Source: Azolla caroliniana
Taxonomy: Eukaryota; Plantae; Polypodiophyta
Length of the DNA stretch: 64,000 nt
Direction: 5' to 3'
NCBI GenBank assembly: GCA_043228905.1
Contig: JBHGNT010000006.1
Coordinates: 11,842,001-11,906,000 of the forward strand
The translations under genes were made by a program, and so were the position numbers. The notes beneath the pieces were generated by a model. The model worked only from the letters and a program-made list of their open reading frames with translations, searched no databases and was not told the origin of the DNA. Below are positions 13,342 through 25,550 of the stretch, one piece after another; positions within the stretch are counted from its first letter, which is position 1; each line of letters starts with the position of its first letter.

Positions 13342-16170
13342 CCGTAGTCCAATGTTCCTTGCCGGGGTTGCTCATGAATAGGTTGACTACTCTGACATCA
13401 TAGGCAATGTTTGGCCTGATGTAGACCATTCCATACATCAGGCTTCCAACTACTGAGGCATATGGAATCTTGTTCATCTCAGCTTTCATCTTCGAAAATT
13501 GGTTTTCTCTCTATTTATAGTTTGTCGGCAATGTCGACCTAACTGGCTTCGCGTCCTATCGGAATATCCACTTGACCGTAGTCCAATACTCCGACAACAT
13601 AGGCAATATCTGGCCTGATGCAAACCATTGTATACATCAGGCTTCTGACCATTGAGGCATATGGAATCTTGTTTATCTTAGCTTTCTCCGCTTTCGTCTT
13701 TGGACATTGGTGTCCGCTCAACTTACAGTTTGTTGGCAATGTCTACCAGAACGGCTTCGCGTCCTACATGTTAAACCTCAGGAGCACCTTCATCGCATAT
13801 TTTTCTTGTGACAACCATAACAGCTTCTTTGGCTGGTTCCGAACAATGTGCATACCCATAATTTGTTTAGCTGGATCCATATCCTTCATTGCAAAGGATT
13901 TTGCCAAGGCCTTCTTCAAGCTTGCTATCTTCGTCATGTCTTGTCCGACTATCAACATGTCATCAACATACAATAGGAGGATAATGAATTCTCCTCCATC
14001 ATACTTCTTCACTAAGACACTATGATCGGCTTGTGTCTTGTGGAACCCATGGTCCATCATGAAGGATTCAAATTTCCGGTACCATTGCCGGGGTGCTTGC
14101 TTCAATCCGTATAACCTCTTTCTCAACGAACATGCCAGGTTTTTCTTACCTTTCTCTTAAAATCCTTTCGGCTGCTGCATGTAAATTCTTCCTCCAAATC
14201 TCCATGTGGGAAAGCCATTTTGACATCCAACTATTCAACTTTTAGGTCCATGCTGGCCACAATGTGCAACACCGTCCGTATGGATGTCATCTTCACTACC
14301 GAGGCAAATATTTCATCAAAATCTCTTCTGTTGAAAGCCTTTGGACACAATTCGAGCTATGTATCTTGTGGGGTTCATGCTTTCTCCCGGATTCAGTTTG
14401 TATACCCATTTGTTTTGGAGTGCCCTTTTCCTTTTCGGCAATTCTGTCAATTCATACGTGTGGTTCTCATGCAAGGAATTCATCTCATCTTACATGGCAT
14501 TCAACCACTTTCGGTTGTGGATATCTTTCTTAGTTTCCTCGAAGCTTTTTGGCTCCCCCTCATCGGTCAACAATACATTCTATGTGGAAATCTCCGAGGG
14601 GGCCTTCTGTTCCTCAGAGGGTATCTTTTGCCTCCATTTGAAGCAGTTGGCCCCTTCATTCGAATCGGATTCTGATCCTTGTTCAGCCGATTGTCTTCTT
14701 CCGAGCGTCTCTCCTTGTGTGCTTGTCGGAAATCTTGTCTCTACTGACCCCAAGTGTTCCTTAGTTGGCTCTTGACTTTGCTGACTATCTACTTGGGCTA
14801 TTGGTTCGTATCTAACTTTAGTCGGATTGAGTGATGTCCGATTCGGTTGACTATCAACTCTACTCGAATCGGTTGAGCTGGATTCGGTTGTAGTAGCCAG
14901 AAGCCTACAATTGGTCGATTGGGAGGCCGACCTAGTCTTCTCCATCTCCTGGTTGGAAATTGTCTTTTCTTCAGTAAAGACGATATCTCAGCTCCGAATC
15001 ACCTTCTTATCGACTAGCTCCCACAATTGATAGACGAATTCGTCTTCACAATAGCCAAGAAATAGACACGGTCAGCTCTTGGGATCAAGTTTCCCCCTTT
15101 GGTCCTTTGCGACATACACATAGGCCAGGCAACCAAACACCTCATATGTTGGTATGACACCTTGCTGGACCACACCCTTTGTGGTATGTCACCTTCTAGT
15201 GGTATTGAAGGAGACCTATATTTATAATGTAGATGACCGTCATCAATGCCTCAACCCAATATATCTTCGGCAACTTCGCATGTGCCAACATACATCAGAC
15301 TCTTTCCATGATGGTCTAGTTCATTATCTCGATTAGTCCGTTTAACTCCGACGTCTTTAGCACTATATACTCCAGTTAGATACCTTGAGATCTGCAATAT
15401 TCTTCAAACTTCCCTTTGTACTATCCTTTGTTGTCTATCCAGACAACTTTCAGCTTTTGTCCGGGCCTGGAACTCCTTGAACACACTCAACACATGATCC
15501 TTCATCTTCAGCACGTTGTCGTGAAGAAAACCGGCCATAGGCGGAATCAGAGAGAAAGTGTGTAAACCGGCCCTTACACGGATGGACGTGTGACTTGATA
15601 TTTTGCACACGAACCGGTGGATGTAAATACTAAGCGCGCGCATTTATTAGGGGGGGGATTGTGCATATCCCGGTCAGAGGGACAGGGAATAAAGGGAAGA
15701 GAAAAAGGGGAAAACGGGTATTGTGCGGAGGAGGAAGAAAAAAGGGCGTTGTTGCAGAACGGAAGGCGGAGCTCTCTCCCTTCGACTCGAATCGTCGCTC
15801 TCTGCGGGTGTCGGGAGGTCGCTGCCTCTGCTTCGTGGACAGCCCGTGTGCTTCTAGCAGAGTCGCTCCCTTCCCCCCCCTTTTGTTTCTTTGAGTCGTG
15901 TGACTGTCGTTGGTGTGCGTGAGTAGGGCCCCCGTGCCGGGTCCGTCGTCGCTTTGTCGGTTGTAACTGTCGAAGTTTGTAATCTCTGTCATTATATTAA
16001 GTGTTACGTTCTATATCTCTCTTTCTCGCTTCTACGTGTCAGTGAATCTCTCTCTCTCTCGCTCCTCGGTCCAAGACCCCCGTGGTCCTGCCCCTTTCTA
16101 CACGTACGCGCGGAACAACGCGACATCTTTTGTGAACCCGACGTGAACAGGGCAGCAAAGGAGTCGAAAG

Positions 16171-18307
16171 ATGAGGGGATCGGAGCTAGCAGAGGCAATG
16201 GCGGTGGCCGTCAACCAGCTGGTGAGCGCTCATGAGGGAACGGGTACCCTCGACAGAGCCATTGAATCGATCGTCGGCTCTATAGGCCGTTTCGGAGGGA
16301 AAGACGCCACAACTTATTTGGAGGCTTGCCAGGCCGAAATGATCATGAGGGATATCCCGGTGGATAGGCGGCTGTCCGGATTCCCTCGAGTGGTGACATC
16401 GGGCATCCATGCAGAGGTGCTCGAGGTGCTGGCCGGATGCCAGACTTGGGAGGAGTTCGAGCTGCAGCTCCTCGAGAATTACGAGTTTGACGACTCACTC
16501 TGGCTGTCAAGGAGGGACTTCATGGCGTGGGTGGAAAACCCCTAAAAGGGGAGGAACACGTCAGTGCTCCTCCAGGAGTTCGAAAAACGGTTCGCGCGGC
16601 TGTCGACGCTGGACCGGACGGTGCTCGAAACAAGTCCAAGACTGTTGTTTGTCAAGTCGGAGGATGCGCTCGACAAGGAAAATGTGGGGCCCCTATTGGA
16701 AACGGACAAAGGGCTCACGACGGACTGGGCCGTGGTAAAACGGGTCTGCAACCGTTTCGACAAATGGCGCGATTGGAGCGACGGAAGCACGTCGGGGTCG
16801 GGGCCGGTCTCGGGGAAGAGGCTCGAGGAGCCGGTTTCGATGCTGGCTGGGAGGAAGGAAGAGACCCGAATCTGGCCAGAGTCGGGGTTGGCATCGCAGA
16901 CGTGGTCAGAGGCCCATTCGGAGGAGCAGCTCTAGAGGAGCTAACACAAATGGTGTGCGACCTGCAGATCGCACAGGCTCGAAGAGACAACGGTGAACAA
17001 CCTCGCGACCGGAGGCCGCCGGCTGGGCAGCGGTGCATGTGGTGTGACGCGATCGGTCACATTCGAAAGGATTGCGCGGATTTCGCCGACGCGCTCAGGA
17101 CCAACGTGGTGTACCTTTGGAACGGGCGGGTGCACGCGATCGAGACCCGGAGAGCCCTGGAATTGAATACGGGGCGCGGTGGGATGAAGAGGTTGATGGA
17201 AAAGGCCACGGCACGACACGGCACGTCGAAGCCGTTAACTACTCAATGTCGACGGGAATTCAGGTCGGCGGTGATGAGACTCGGAAGGCGAAGGACTCCG
17301 GATTCTGGCCGCTAGTGCCAGAAGGCCTCTCCAGAGTTCGGCTGAGGAAGGAAGAGGCGGACCGCGCGGAACAGCGGGTCCAGGAGGTCACCGGTTGGGA
17401 CGATCCGGTCGAAGAGAAAACGGGCTTCGTAGAAGCCGCTTGCCAGAACTACGAGGTTCTGGTGGAGGACAAACGGGTAGGAAAGGACGGAGGGGTTGGC
17501 CCCCCGAGGTATGAGACCCGGTTCGGACCGAAACCGACCGATGCCGACAACGCAAGCGTGCCGGATGGGCAGAAGCAGGTGGGGTTTCGGTTGAGCACCG
17601 AAATCGAGAGAGCAACGGACCTACGGAAGGTCCTTGAAGAGCGAATCCTCGACAGTAAAGTGGAGTTGTCGTTGCGGGAGGTGCTGGGAATCGCCAAGAG
17701 GGAGTTCCACGACTCTATCGTAGACTTGGTGAAGCGGAAGAGGCTCTCGACAGAGCCGGAACCGGAGAAGCTGGTGGAAGTGCGGACCACGCACCTGGAA
17801 GACGGAGCCTTGGAAGATGAGCTGGCGGGAAACCACTACACGAAGCCGCATTGGGCCAGGGCGACTACGGAAACCCCTGTACGGATCGGCAACGTTCTGG
17901 AACCGGTGGTGGCGTTGGTAGACCATGGATCCGAAATCAACCTGATGTCCATGGATTTCTACAAGAAGGGTAAATGGCCGATCAACACCAAGCATGGCTG
18001 GAAGATATGGGTAGCGATGCGCACCACGGAAGAACTACATGGGGCCTGTCAGAACGTCCGGGTGAAAATCGGCGATGTCGAGATCGACCAACACTTCTTC
18101 GTGCAGGAGACGTCCTCGCATCCGGTTATACTAGGAGAGCCATATATCACGGCAGCACAGATGAAGACCAAGGTGCTGGACAACGGTTCAGCCTATGCAA
18201 GAGTCAAAAGCCAGGACGGGCGTCACTCGGTCCAGTTCCTAACGGTGCGACCAAACCATGAGCGTAACCGTGAGGCCCTCGGCAGCGAAACCCGAGGGGA
18301 TTTTTAG
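16171..18307 (+). pseudogene. Gag-protease ORF of element D (broken by a stop and frameshifts)
   Basis: ORFs 16171-16545, 16564-16935, 16527-17315 and 17072-18307 are collinear with the open gag of element H. Ends ...RGDF* after the aspartic protease domain. Confidence 0.8.
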
Positions 18308-18364
18308 AGAGGGCGATCAAGGTGTGGGGCCGCGATAGTCCGGACTCCCGGGAACAACCCCACA
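18298..18364 (+). promoter_or_regulatory. Candidate -1 programmed ribosomal frameshift signal (G GAU UUU plus pseudoknot)
   Basis: Heptamer 18298-18304 is in the correct phase just before the TAG; the downstream pol frame (18322 onward) is -1; stems 18311-18318/18334-18341 and 18323-18329/18358-18364. Confidence 0.6.
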
Positions 18365-19809
18365 AATTTACAGTACGGAAGAAGACCTGTACCATAGGTA
18401 GGAAATTTTGGTTCTCCGACAACGGATGTTGTACTATAACCAGCGTCAGCGGCAAGGAGAGGAAGCGAGCGGAGGAGCGGCTTAGGGGATGCAGAGTCTT
18501 CTTCCCCGACGAGGACATAAGCGGCGCCGTGGAGGCGGTCTCTTTTGACGACACCTTGGGCGAACTACGAAAGGTGATCGGTGAAGACCTTAGGGAAGAC
18601 TGGACCGTTCCGGTGGGGTCAATGGGAATGTATGAAGTCATCGCAGATTTCGGGGAAAGGATCGGGTCGGATCGGACGGCCCGCGTGGATACGAAATAAA
18701 AGAGTATGGACCAGAAGGTGAGGCCAGTCGCGGCACCCTTGCCGGAGGGCAGCGAGGAGCGGATAAAAGGGGTCGCGTCGGACCCAAGTTTACGAAATCC
18801 GGCTGGCATAGGGCACTGGTTCACCGACATAACGCTACGGGAGCTCAAGGTCGGTGGGGGCAGCTTCCTACTGCCGACGGAGGAGGACCGGTTTCGGAGA
18901 ATGCTCGGGAGGCACGGGAAGGCTTTCGCATTCTCACCGAAGGATATCAGGTGCGTAGACCCGACAGTTGTCGAACCGATGGTGATCTTCACGGTACCGC
19001 ATGTACCGTGGAATCTCAAGCTGATTCCGGTGCCAAGAGCTCACATCCCGAAGTTGATGGAGCTCCTAAAGCAAAAGGTGGAGATGGGCATCCTCGAACC
19101 GTCGAGTGCCCCTGTTACGGGCATGACCATATAATATCTCGTGGTAAGAATTTACCGTAGTATTCTACACACGTGGATAAGTGTGAGGGTTAAACGAGAG
19201 TGTAAAGAAGGGGAGGATTACTTTTAATCCTCGGGATTGAGACAACCCATTAGGTCAAGTGTGAACTTGCCTGGGGGCCTTGGGTATCGCTATAAATAAG
19301 AGGCCTAGCTACCCTCATTTGATCATCTTTTGACTACATCGAGACTCTGCTCGTGTGGTGGGTCAACTCTTGTAGCGAGCGCGCCAGCGCCAGGTACGAC
19401 TCGACGCCACGGCGGTGGTATGGTACGCCGATCGAGGCTCGAGTCCATCTCGATCCCTTCGCTCAGGGGTGGTCGGGTGGATCGACACCCTTCTTTCTCT
19501 TTCTCCTTTCTATCTTTCATTTCTTTATCCTTATCTTAAGCTTACATTAGTACCTAGATCTATAATATTTGGTATCAGATTTTTGTACTAATGTTTCTTT
19601 GTTTTTCATTTGTCTTTTGATTGATGTTGATCGATTGTTGTGCGGTTGGCCTTGATCCAGACAACGATCAACAAAGAACTTCGGTAACTCTTTCCATAAT
19701 TTTTCTTTCTATTCTCTCTTCTCCCATCTAATCATGTGTTTAGTTTATATGTAATTTTTTTCATTAAGTCAATGATGTTGTAGTGGTCTTTAATTGATTA
19801 TCTAAAACG

Positions 19810-20085
19810 TTTACATATGTGCACGAGGTCAATACCTCATTTGACATATTAATAATATGTGATGAGTGTCGTATGTGTACGAGGTTAATACCTCAATTAC
19901 GTATTACGTTCACGAACATATGTTACGTTTGCGTATGAGTTTAATACCTTGATTTGTTGTAAACGATATGCATTTGGTCTCGTATGCGTAAGAGGTCAAT
20001 ACCTCCATTGCGTATTACGATGATCTCTTATTTGTGGATGTTTCGTGTGTGTAGAGGTATATACCTCAATTACGTATCTCGATCA
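19810..20085 (+). repeat. Array of five hairpin repeats (GAGGT-N4-ACCTC core) with a period of 55-62 bp in the 5' leader of element E
   Basis: Cores at 19825, 19881, 19937 (degenerate), 19992 and 20054; the sequence between cores is divergent. Confidence 0.75.
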
Positions 20086-21257
20086 CATCATTTGTGGCTA
20101 TTTACTATAACGATATGTTTAATATAGGCATATGTGGTCACATATATACGTATTTGATCGTATATATGTGAAAACTAAACATATGTGTATATTCGTTATT
20201 ACGTGATTATGTCGAAACTTGTCATGGTCGGGAAAACGATGTTGGTGGCCGTCCTCACATTTTTGTGAGAATGGCGTTGTCACCATCCCTTTTTCAACAT
20301 TTTTTTATTGTTGATAACCCCGTTGACGACCTCGATTTCGTTACGTAAAGAAATGCCAATAGCCAAAATGATGTTGAGTACGTAGGGCTTGACCCACTTC
20401 AAGTGAGGTCGCTCCAATGACGCACGTATCCAACATCCCTCCCTCGTTACATGGATACGATGCCACCATGAGCTCGTTCTTACGAGAGGCATTCGTAATG
20501 ACGTGACCATGTGATGGCCCACGTGAGCCTACTACAAAACAAGGGCTCATTTGGCTTGACCATTAGGTTGCACTTTGGCGTATGCCATCGTAATTACGAG
20601 ACTTGAGGTTAGGTAACGTACCAACATAGTTTTGGTAAATGAGGGCGAAATAAGGACCCTTGACATATATGTTCTTTTAAAAAAAAACATATATGATCAA
20701 TTGCCTCGCATATCTCTTATACGCATCAAACATTAAGCATTCGAGAAGAGCAACTTACTTGGTTGGCTCAAGTGTTTAATGTATTTGTTCTCGAGGTCTT
20801 GAGTTCAAATATGACCAAGACCATACAACATCCTTGATACATATGACTATAACACATGTTTAGACTTAAGGTCTAAGTGCACCTCGGGGTCCTCGTAATA
20901 GGACTTAAAGAGCCGAAACCACTTATGTGGGCACCGAAACATAGTTTATTGTTAACATTTTTTTCGTGTATAAACTATTCATGACGCGAACATACATGGT
21001 TGAGCCTCGGGGAGCCACCATGAAAAACTCGATATAGAGATCAGGGAAAGACATTTATTTGTCACCCCCATGGTTTTTAAAACACCTTTGTGTTACCATA
21101 GTAACCTGATCTTGAACCTCATCTCATACGTCTAGAGGGGTATTGACGTGAGATAATGATATCGATTAATGCTCGCCCATGATATGTTTACATCACGACA
21201 TGATGTTATGACTATATCTCTGACCTTATCCTATTTCTTTTCCAGAAATAATCTTTA

Positions 21258-24200
21258 ATGGCTCAAATTAACGACCCGATGTCATCCGCTCAAGCGGAAG
21301 GAACTCAAGGGAATCCTCCTGGACAAATGTCCACTGAGATGTATTTGGCACAAATAACCCAATACCTTAGTTTCACCGCTCAACAGATGACCGAACTTCG
21401 GCAATCTCAGAGTGCTCTTGAGGCACGTGTCATTAGTCTACAACGTGAGACTAATAGACCTGATGAGCGACAAGGTGAACCATCATTTGTCGTTAAGCCA
21501 TTTACGGGAGACAAAAAGGAAAGAACCGAAGAAGCAATCTGCACATGGCTGGGACGATGGGAGTCTCATTTTGAGCTCTATCCCACGCCAGATAGTACGA
21601 AGATTGCATATGTCGGCCGAGAACTCGGGGGTAAGGCCGCCGCCTGGTGGCGTGGCCTCCGTACCATGGGGAAATTGCCCGATACCTGGACAGATTTTGT
21701 CACGGTTTTTAAGGGCCAATTTCTACAACCTCCCTCTCGAACCGAGGCAGCACAAGCTTTAATGAACCTCTCTAGCAGGAAATTTTCCTCGCTAGAAGAC
21801 TATGTTCACCATGCTAGAACCCAAATCCAAACATCGGGTCTAGAAGGGGACAATTGGTTGATAGCTTGTTTTGTCAATGGCATCCCCAATTCGGACTATC
21901 ACTGGATAGTGCACGATAAGGATCCAAAATCCTTCGAAGAGGCCGTTGAAATAGTTCTTCGCTATCAACGCACTTCGAAGAAGGACCATAACAAACCCAA
22001 CGAAGCGCCCGGGACTAAGCAATTGCAATTTGTTGGGAAACGCAAGACACCCAACGAATTCCTGGATCGCGATTGTAAGCGACAACATCCTTTTTGTGTA
22101 TTCTGCAAAAAGAAGGGTCATACAAAAGATCAATGTCGAAAGCTCCAACGGAAAGAGCACGACAACAAAGCTAAAGCTGTAGACCATAAATGTCAGATTC
22201 CTAATGTCCTTCAGGTCTATACACATCATTTAAGTAATTGTCAATGTTCTTTCCCTCACTATGTATTGGGTCCCAATGATTTACTACGTGCAAACGGGTA
22301 TATCAATGGATCTCCCGTACAGTTTTTATTTGATTCGGGAAGCTCACACAATTTTGTGAATGATCGTTTGGTTCAGATATGGGGAATCCAACCCACCGTA
22401 AGTGATCACACCTACACAGTGCACTTGGCTGATGGAAGAGTACAATACATCAACGGGGCGATTCATTCATTAGGAATTTCTATTGATACTTATATAGAGG
22501 AAGTAGACTTCCATGTAATGAATCTTTGTACCACCGATGTAATACTGGGTTATCCCTGGTTTTATAATAAAAACTCTTCTTTATTTATTGATTGGGTTCG
22601 TCATTCCATTTCTTTTGTACTGAACGATTGTACGCATTTTATTCAATGTGTAAAAAAACAATCCCTCTCGATTGTTTCCTCGTGTCCATCAATATCCGAG
22701 TTGTCTTGTTCTACGTTATTTTATTGTGTACTTGATCCGGACATTCACGTTTACAATATCGATAATGTCCCGATTCAATTAACATATTTTGAACAACAAC
22801 TTGATGAAATCTTAAATGATTTTCATGATGTTTTTCCAAGTGAACTACCTGATGGGTTACCTCCTAAACGTAATATAGACCATCGTATAGATATTGTACC
22901 TGGTGTTGCACCAATAAGTATACCTCCGTATCGCTTAAGTCGATCCGAAGAAGATGAGGTATCTAAGCAACTCAAGGACTATTTACGAATGGGTTATATA
23001 CGTTATAGTAAATCTCCATGGGGTGCACCAGTTCTCTTGGTTAAAAAGAAAGAGGGCACATGGCGTATGTGTATTAATTACCGACGCTTGAATAAAGTGA
23101 CGATCAAGAATTCGTATCCATTGCCCCGGGCTGACGATCTAATTGACCGTCTCCAGGGAGCTCGGTATTTTACGAAACTTGATCTCCGTACTGGCTACCA
23201 TCAAATACGAATAAGTGAGGACGATGTTCCTAAAACGGCATTTTGTACGCGCTATGGCCATTACGAGTTTTTGGTTATGCCTTTTGGTTTGACCAATGCT
23301 CCGGCTACTTTTGAACAAGAAATGAATGACATTTTCCGAGAACAACTTGGAAAATTTGTTGTTATTTTCTTGGATGATATTTTAGTTTATAGCCGTACAT
23401 TACAAGAACATGCTAGACATGTCCGCTTTGTTTTACAAAAATTGCGTGACAAACTGTTTTATGCGAAGATCTCAAAATGTGAGTTCTTCAAGAAATCAAT
23501 TACTTATCTAGGACATCTCATAACCGAACGAGGAGTTGAAATTGATCCTTCTCGCATTGAGAAAATCAAGCTTTGGCCCACTCTTCGGAATATTCGAGAA
23601 GTTCGATCATTCCTTGGTTTTGTGGGGTTTTTGCGAAAGTCTCTTCGTAACTACTCCCAATTGACGACGCCGTTTACTGATCTTTTAAAAGGTCAAACGC
23701 GTAAGTCTACAAAACCTATTGTGTGGAATGCTACACTAGACCTTGCCTTTAAGGAACTCAAGGACCTGGTTTGCAAGGCTCCTTCACTTCTTTTACCCGA
23801 TCCTTCAAAACCTTTTGAGGTTGAAACCGATGCAAGCGATTATGCTATAGGTGCTGTCTTGTATCAAGATGGTAAACCAATAGCATTCGAGAGTAAGAAA
23901 CTTGATTTTGCTCAATGTCGGTATACCGTTCAAGAAAAGGAATTATTTGCAGTTATACATGCGCTCAAAACATGGCGCCATTATCTTTATGGAAATCACT
24001 TTGTGGTAACTACGGACCACGAGTCCTTGAAATATTTTTGTGACCAACAAGACTTGAAAGGTCGTAAGGCACGATGGGCTGATCTCATCCAGGACTTTGA
24101 TTTTTCCATACGATATCGTAAAGGTTCCATGAACACTGACGTTGATGCACTAAGTCGCATCCGTGAAGTTAACATGCTTAGCTTCACTGAAATATCATCA

Positions 24201-25550
24201 GATCTTTATGATCACCTTCGAGGAAAGTATCCTGATGACAGTTATTTCGGAAAATACTGGGCAAGAGTTGAGTCTGGAACAGACACCACCACATCCTCGA
24301 AGGAATACTTCCACATTGCTAACGGTTTGCTCTACCGTAATGGGAAGGTTTGTGTTCCAGATTTACCCGAGGTCAAAAAGAGGATTCTTTTTGAATGCCA
24401 TGATGCACCCTCAGCAGGGCACCCTGGAATACATCGTACACTCGTTCTCATCTCCACTCAATTTTATTGGCCTAAGATGCGTCCTGACATACATAGCTAT
24501 GTGACTAAATGTCACCAGTGTCAGGTTAACAAAGCCGAGCGACTTAAAGCCGCAGGACTTTTACATCCCTTGGACATTCCCAATAATAAGTGGGAAAGTA
24601 TATCCATGGATTTTATTGTTAGCCTTCCTCGCACCCAAAAAGGTCATGATGCCATCTGGGTTGTCGTTGATCGACTAACTAAAATGGCCAGATTTATTGC
24701 TACTAAAACCACGGTAACAGCTCCTAAATTGGCTTACCAATTTGTTGACGAATTGTTTCGTTTTTATGGGTTACCGATGGATATCGTGAGTGATCGAGAT
24801 CCAAAGTTTACTAGTGACTTCTGGACACAAGTCTTTAAGAAGTTAGAAACTACGTTGAGCATGAGCTCCACGGATCATCCTCAATCCGATGGACAGACAG
24901 AACGAGTAAATCAAATTATTGAGGACATGCTTCGAGCATACGTTGGTGCAAAACCAACAAAATGGGAACGTTATCTCCCAATTTTGGAGTTTGCTTATAA
25001 CAACTCCAAGCATACGTCGACGGGATATAGTCCTTTTATGTTGATGTATGGTTTTCAGCCACGAGCCCCGATTGATGTTAATATACATCATGATGAGTTG
25101 CGAAGTACGCAAAACTTTCTTCGGGATATGCAAGATATGTTGCATATTGCACGAGATAATATAAAAACAGCTCAAGATAGAGCGCATTTTTATGCCGATC
25201 ATCATAGGCAACCTCGTGTATTCAACCCTGGACAGAAGGTATTTTTACGTGTACCTCACAATTCTAAGACATTGTCTACGGGTAAGTGCGCTAAGTTAGC
25301 CCCACGGTTTTGTGGACCTTTTACAGTCCTCAAATGCATTGGGTCATCAGCCTATCGTCTCGCTCTTCCCGATGGTGTCGGAATTCATCCAGTCTTTCAT
25401 GTGAGTTGTCTAAAAGAACTTCTAGGTTCTGGCGACAATACAGTTACGACTGAAACTCTGGTTACTTCTGAAGAATTATCTTCTAAACCACATGTACCAG
25501 AAAGAATTCTCGATGTTAAAACAAAAAAATTACGTACTAAAGAAATCTGA
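21258..25550 (+). CDS. Gag-Pol polyprotein of chromovirus E (1430 aa; premature stop inside the chromodomain)
   Basis: [14 protein letters not shown] knuckle, [49 protein letters not shown]...CHQC / SMDF / SDRD, GPF motif. Chromodomain [23 protein letters not shown]...DATWE continues past the TGA. Confidence 0.92.
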   Translation: MAQINDPMSSAQAEGTQGNPPGQMSTEMYLAQITQYLSFTAQQMTELRQSQSALEARVISLQRETNRPDERQGEPSFVVKPFTGDKKERTEEAICTWLGRWESHFELYPTPDSTKIAYVGRELGGKAAAWWRGLRTMGKLPDTWTDFVTVFKGQFLQPPSRTEAAQALMNLSSRKFSSLEDYVHHARTQIQTSGLEGDNWLIACFVNGIPNSDYHWIVHDKDPKSFEEAVEIVLRYQRTSKKDHNKPNEAPGTKQLQFVGKRKTPNEFLDRDCKRQHPFCVFCKKKGHTKDQCRKLQRKEHDNKAKAVDHKCQIPNVLQVYTHHLSNCQCSFPHYVLGPNDLLRANGYINGSPVQFLFDSGSSHNFVNDRLVQIWGIQPTVSDHTYTVHLADGRVQYINGAIHSLGISIDTYIEEVDFHVMNLCTTDVILGYPWFYNKNSSLFIDWVRHSISFVLNDCTHFIQCVKKQSLSIVSSCPSISELSCSTLFYCVLDPDIHVYNIDNVPIQLTYFEQQLDEILNDFHDVFPSELPDGLPPKRNIDHRIDIVPGVAPISIPPYRLSRSEEDEVSKQLKDYLRMGYIRYSKSPWGAPVLLVKKKEGTWRMCINYRRLNKVTIKNSYPLPRADDLIDRLQGARYFTKLDLRTGYHQIRISEDDVPKTAFCTRYGHYEFLVMPFGLTNAPATFEQEMNDIFREQLGKFVVIFLDDILVYSRTLQEHARHVRFVLQKLRDKLFYAKISKCEFFKKSITYLGHLITERGVEIDPSRIEKIKLWPTLRNIREVRSFLGFVGFLRKSLRNYSQLTTPFTDLLKGQTRKSTKPIVWNATLDLAFKELKDLVCKAPSLLLPDPSKPFEVETDASDYAIGAVLYQDGKPIAFESKKLDFAQCRYTVQEKELFAVIHALKTWRHYLYGNHFVVTTDHESLKYFCDQQDLKGRKARWADLIQDFDFSIRYRKGSMNTDVDALSRIREVNMLSFTEISSDLYDHLRGKYPDDSYFGKYWARVESGTDTTTSSKEYFHIANGLLYRNGKVCVPDLPEVKKRILFECHDAPSAGHPGIHRTLVLISTQFYWPKMRPDIHSYVTKCHQCQVNKAERLKAAGLLHPLDIPNNKWESISMDFIVSLPRTQKGHDAIWVVVDRLTKMARFIATKTTVTAPKLAYQFVDELFRFYGLPMDIVSDRDPKFTSDFWTQVFKKLETTLSMSSTDHPQSDGQTERVNQIIEDMLRAYVGAKPTKWERYLPILEFAYNNSKHTSTGYSPFMLMYGFQPRAPIDVNIHHDELRSTQNFLRDMQDMLHIARDNIKTAQDRAHFYADHHRQPRVFNPGQKVFLRVPHNSKTLSTGKCAKLAPRFCGPFTVLKCIGSSAYRLALPDGVGIHPVFHVSCLKELLGSGDNTVTTETLVTSEELSSKPHVPERILDVKTKKLRTKEI

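Larger units (their letters stand above)
4909..15516 (-). mobile_element. Copia element A (Tnt1/Tork-like): 3' half only, split by nested insertions into 4909-5851, 11140-11225 and 13342-15516
   Basis: 3' LTR 4909-5399 with PPT (reverse of aaatcccccttc, about 5400-5411); RNase H (AVSWQSRLQKAMSLSTTEAEF), RT (LYGLKQAPRQWY, LLLYVDDMLIV) and integrase remnants. The sequence continues across each insertion. Confidence 0.85.

Noticed and set aside
19810-20085. CRISPR array
   Set aside because: Eukaryotic retrotransposon leader, degenerate repeats, short linkers and no cas genes; kept only as a hairpin array
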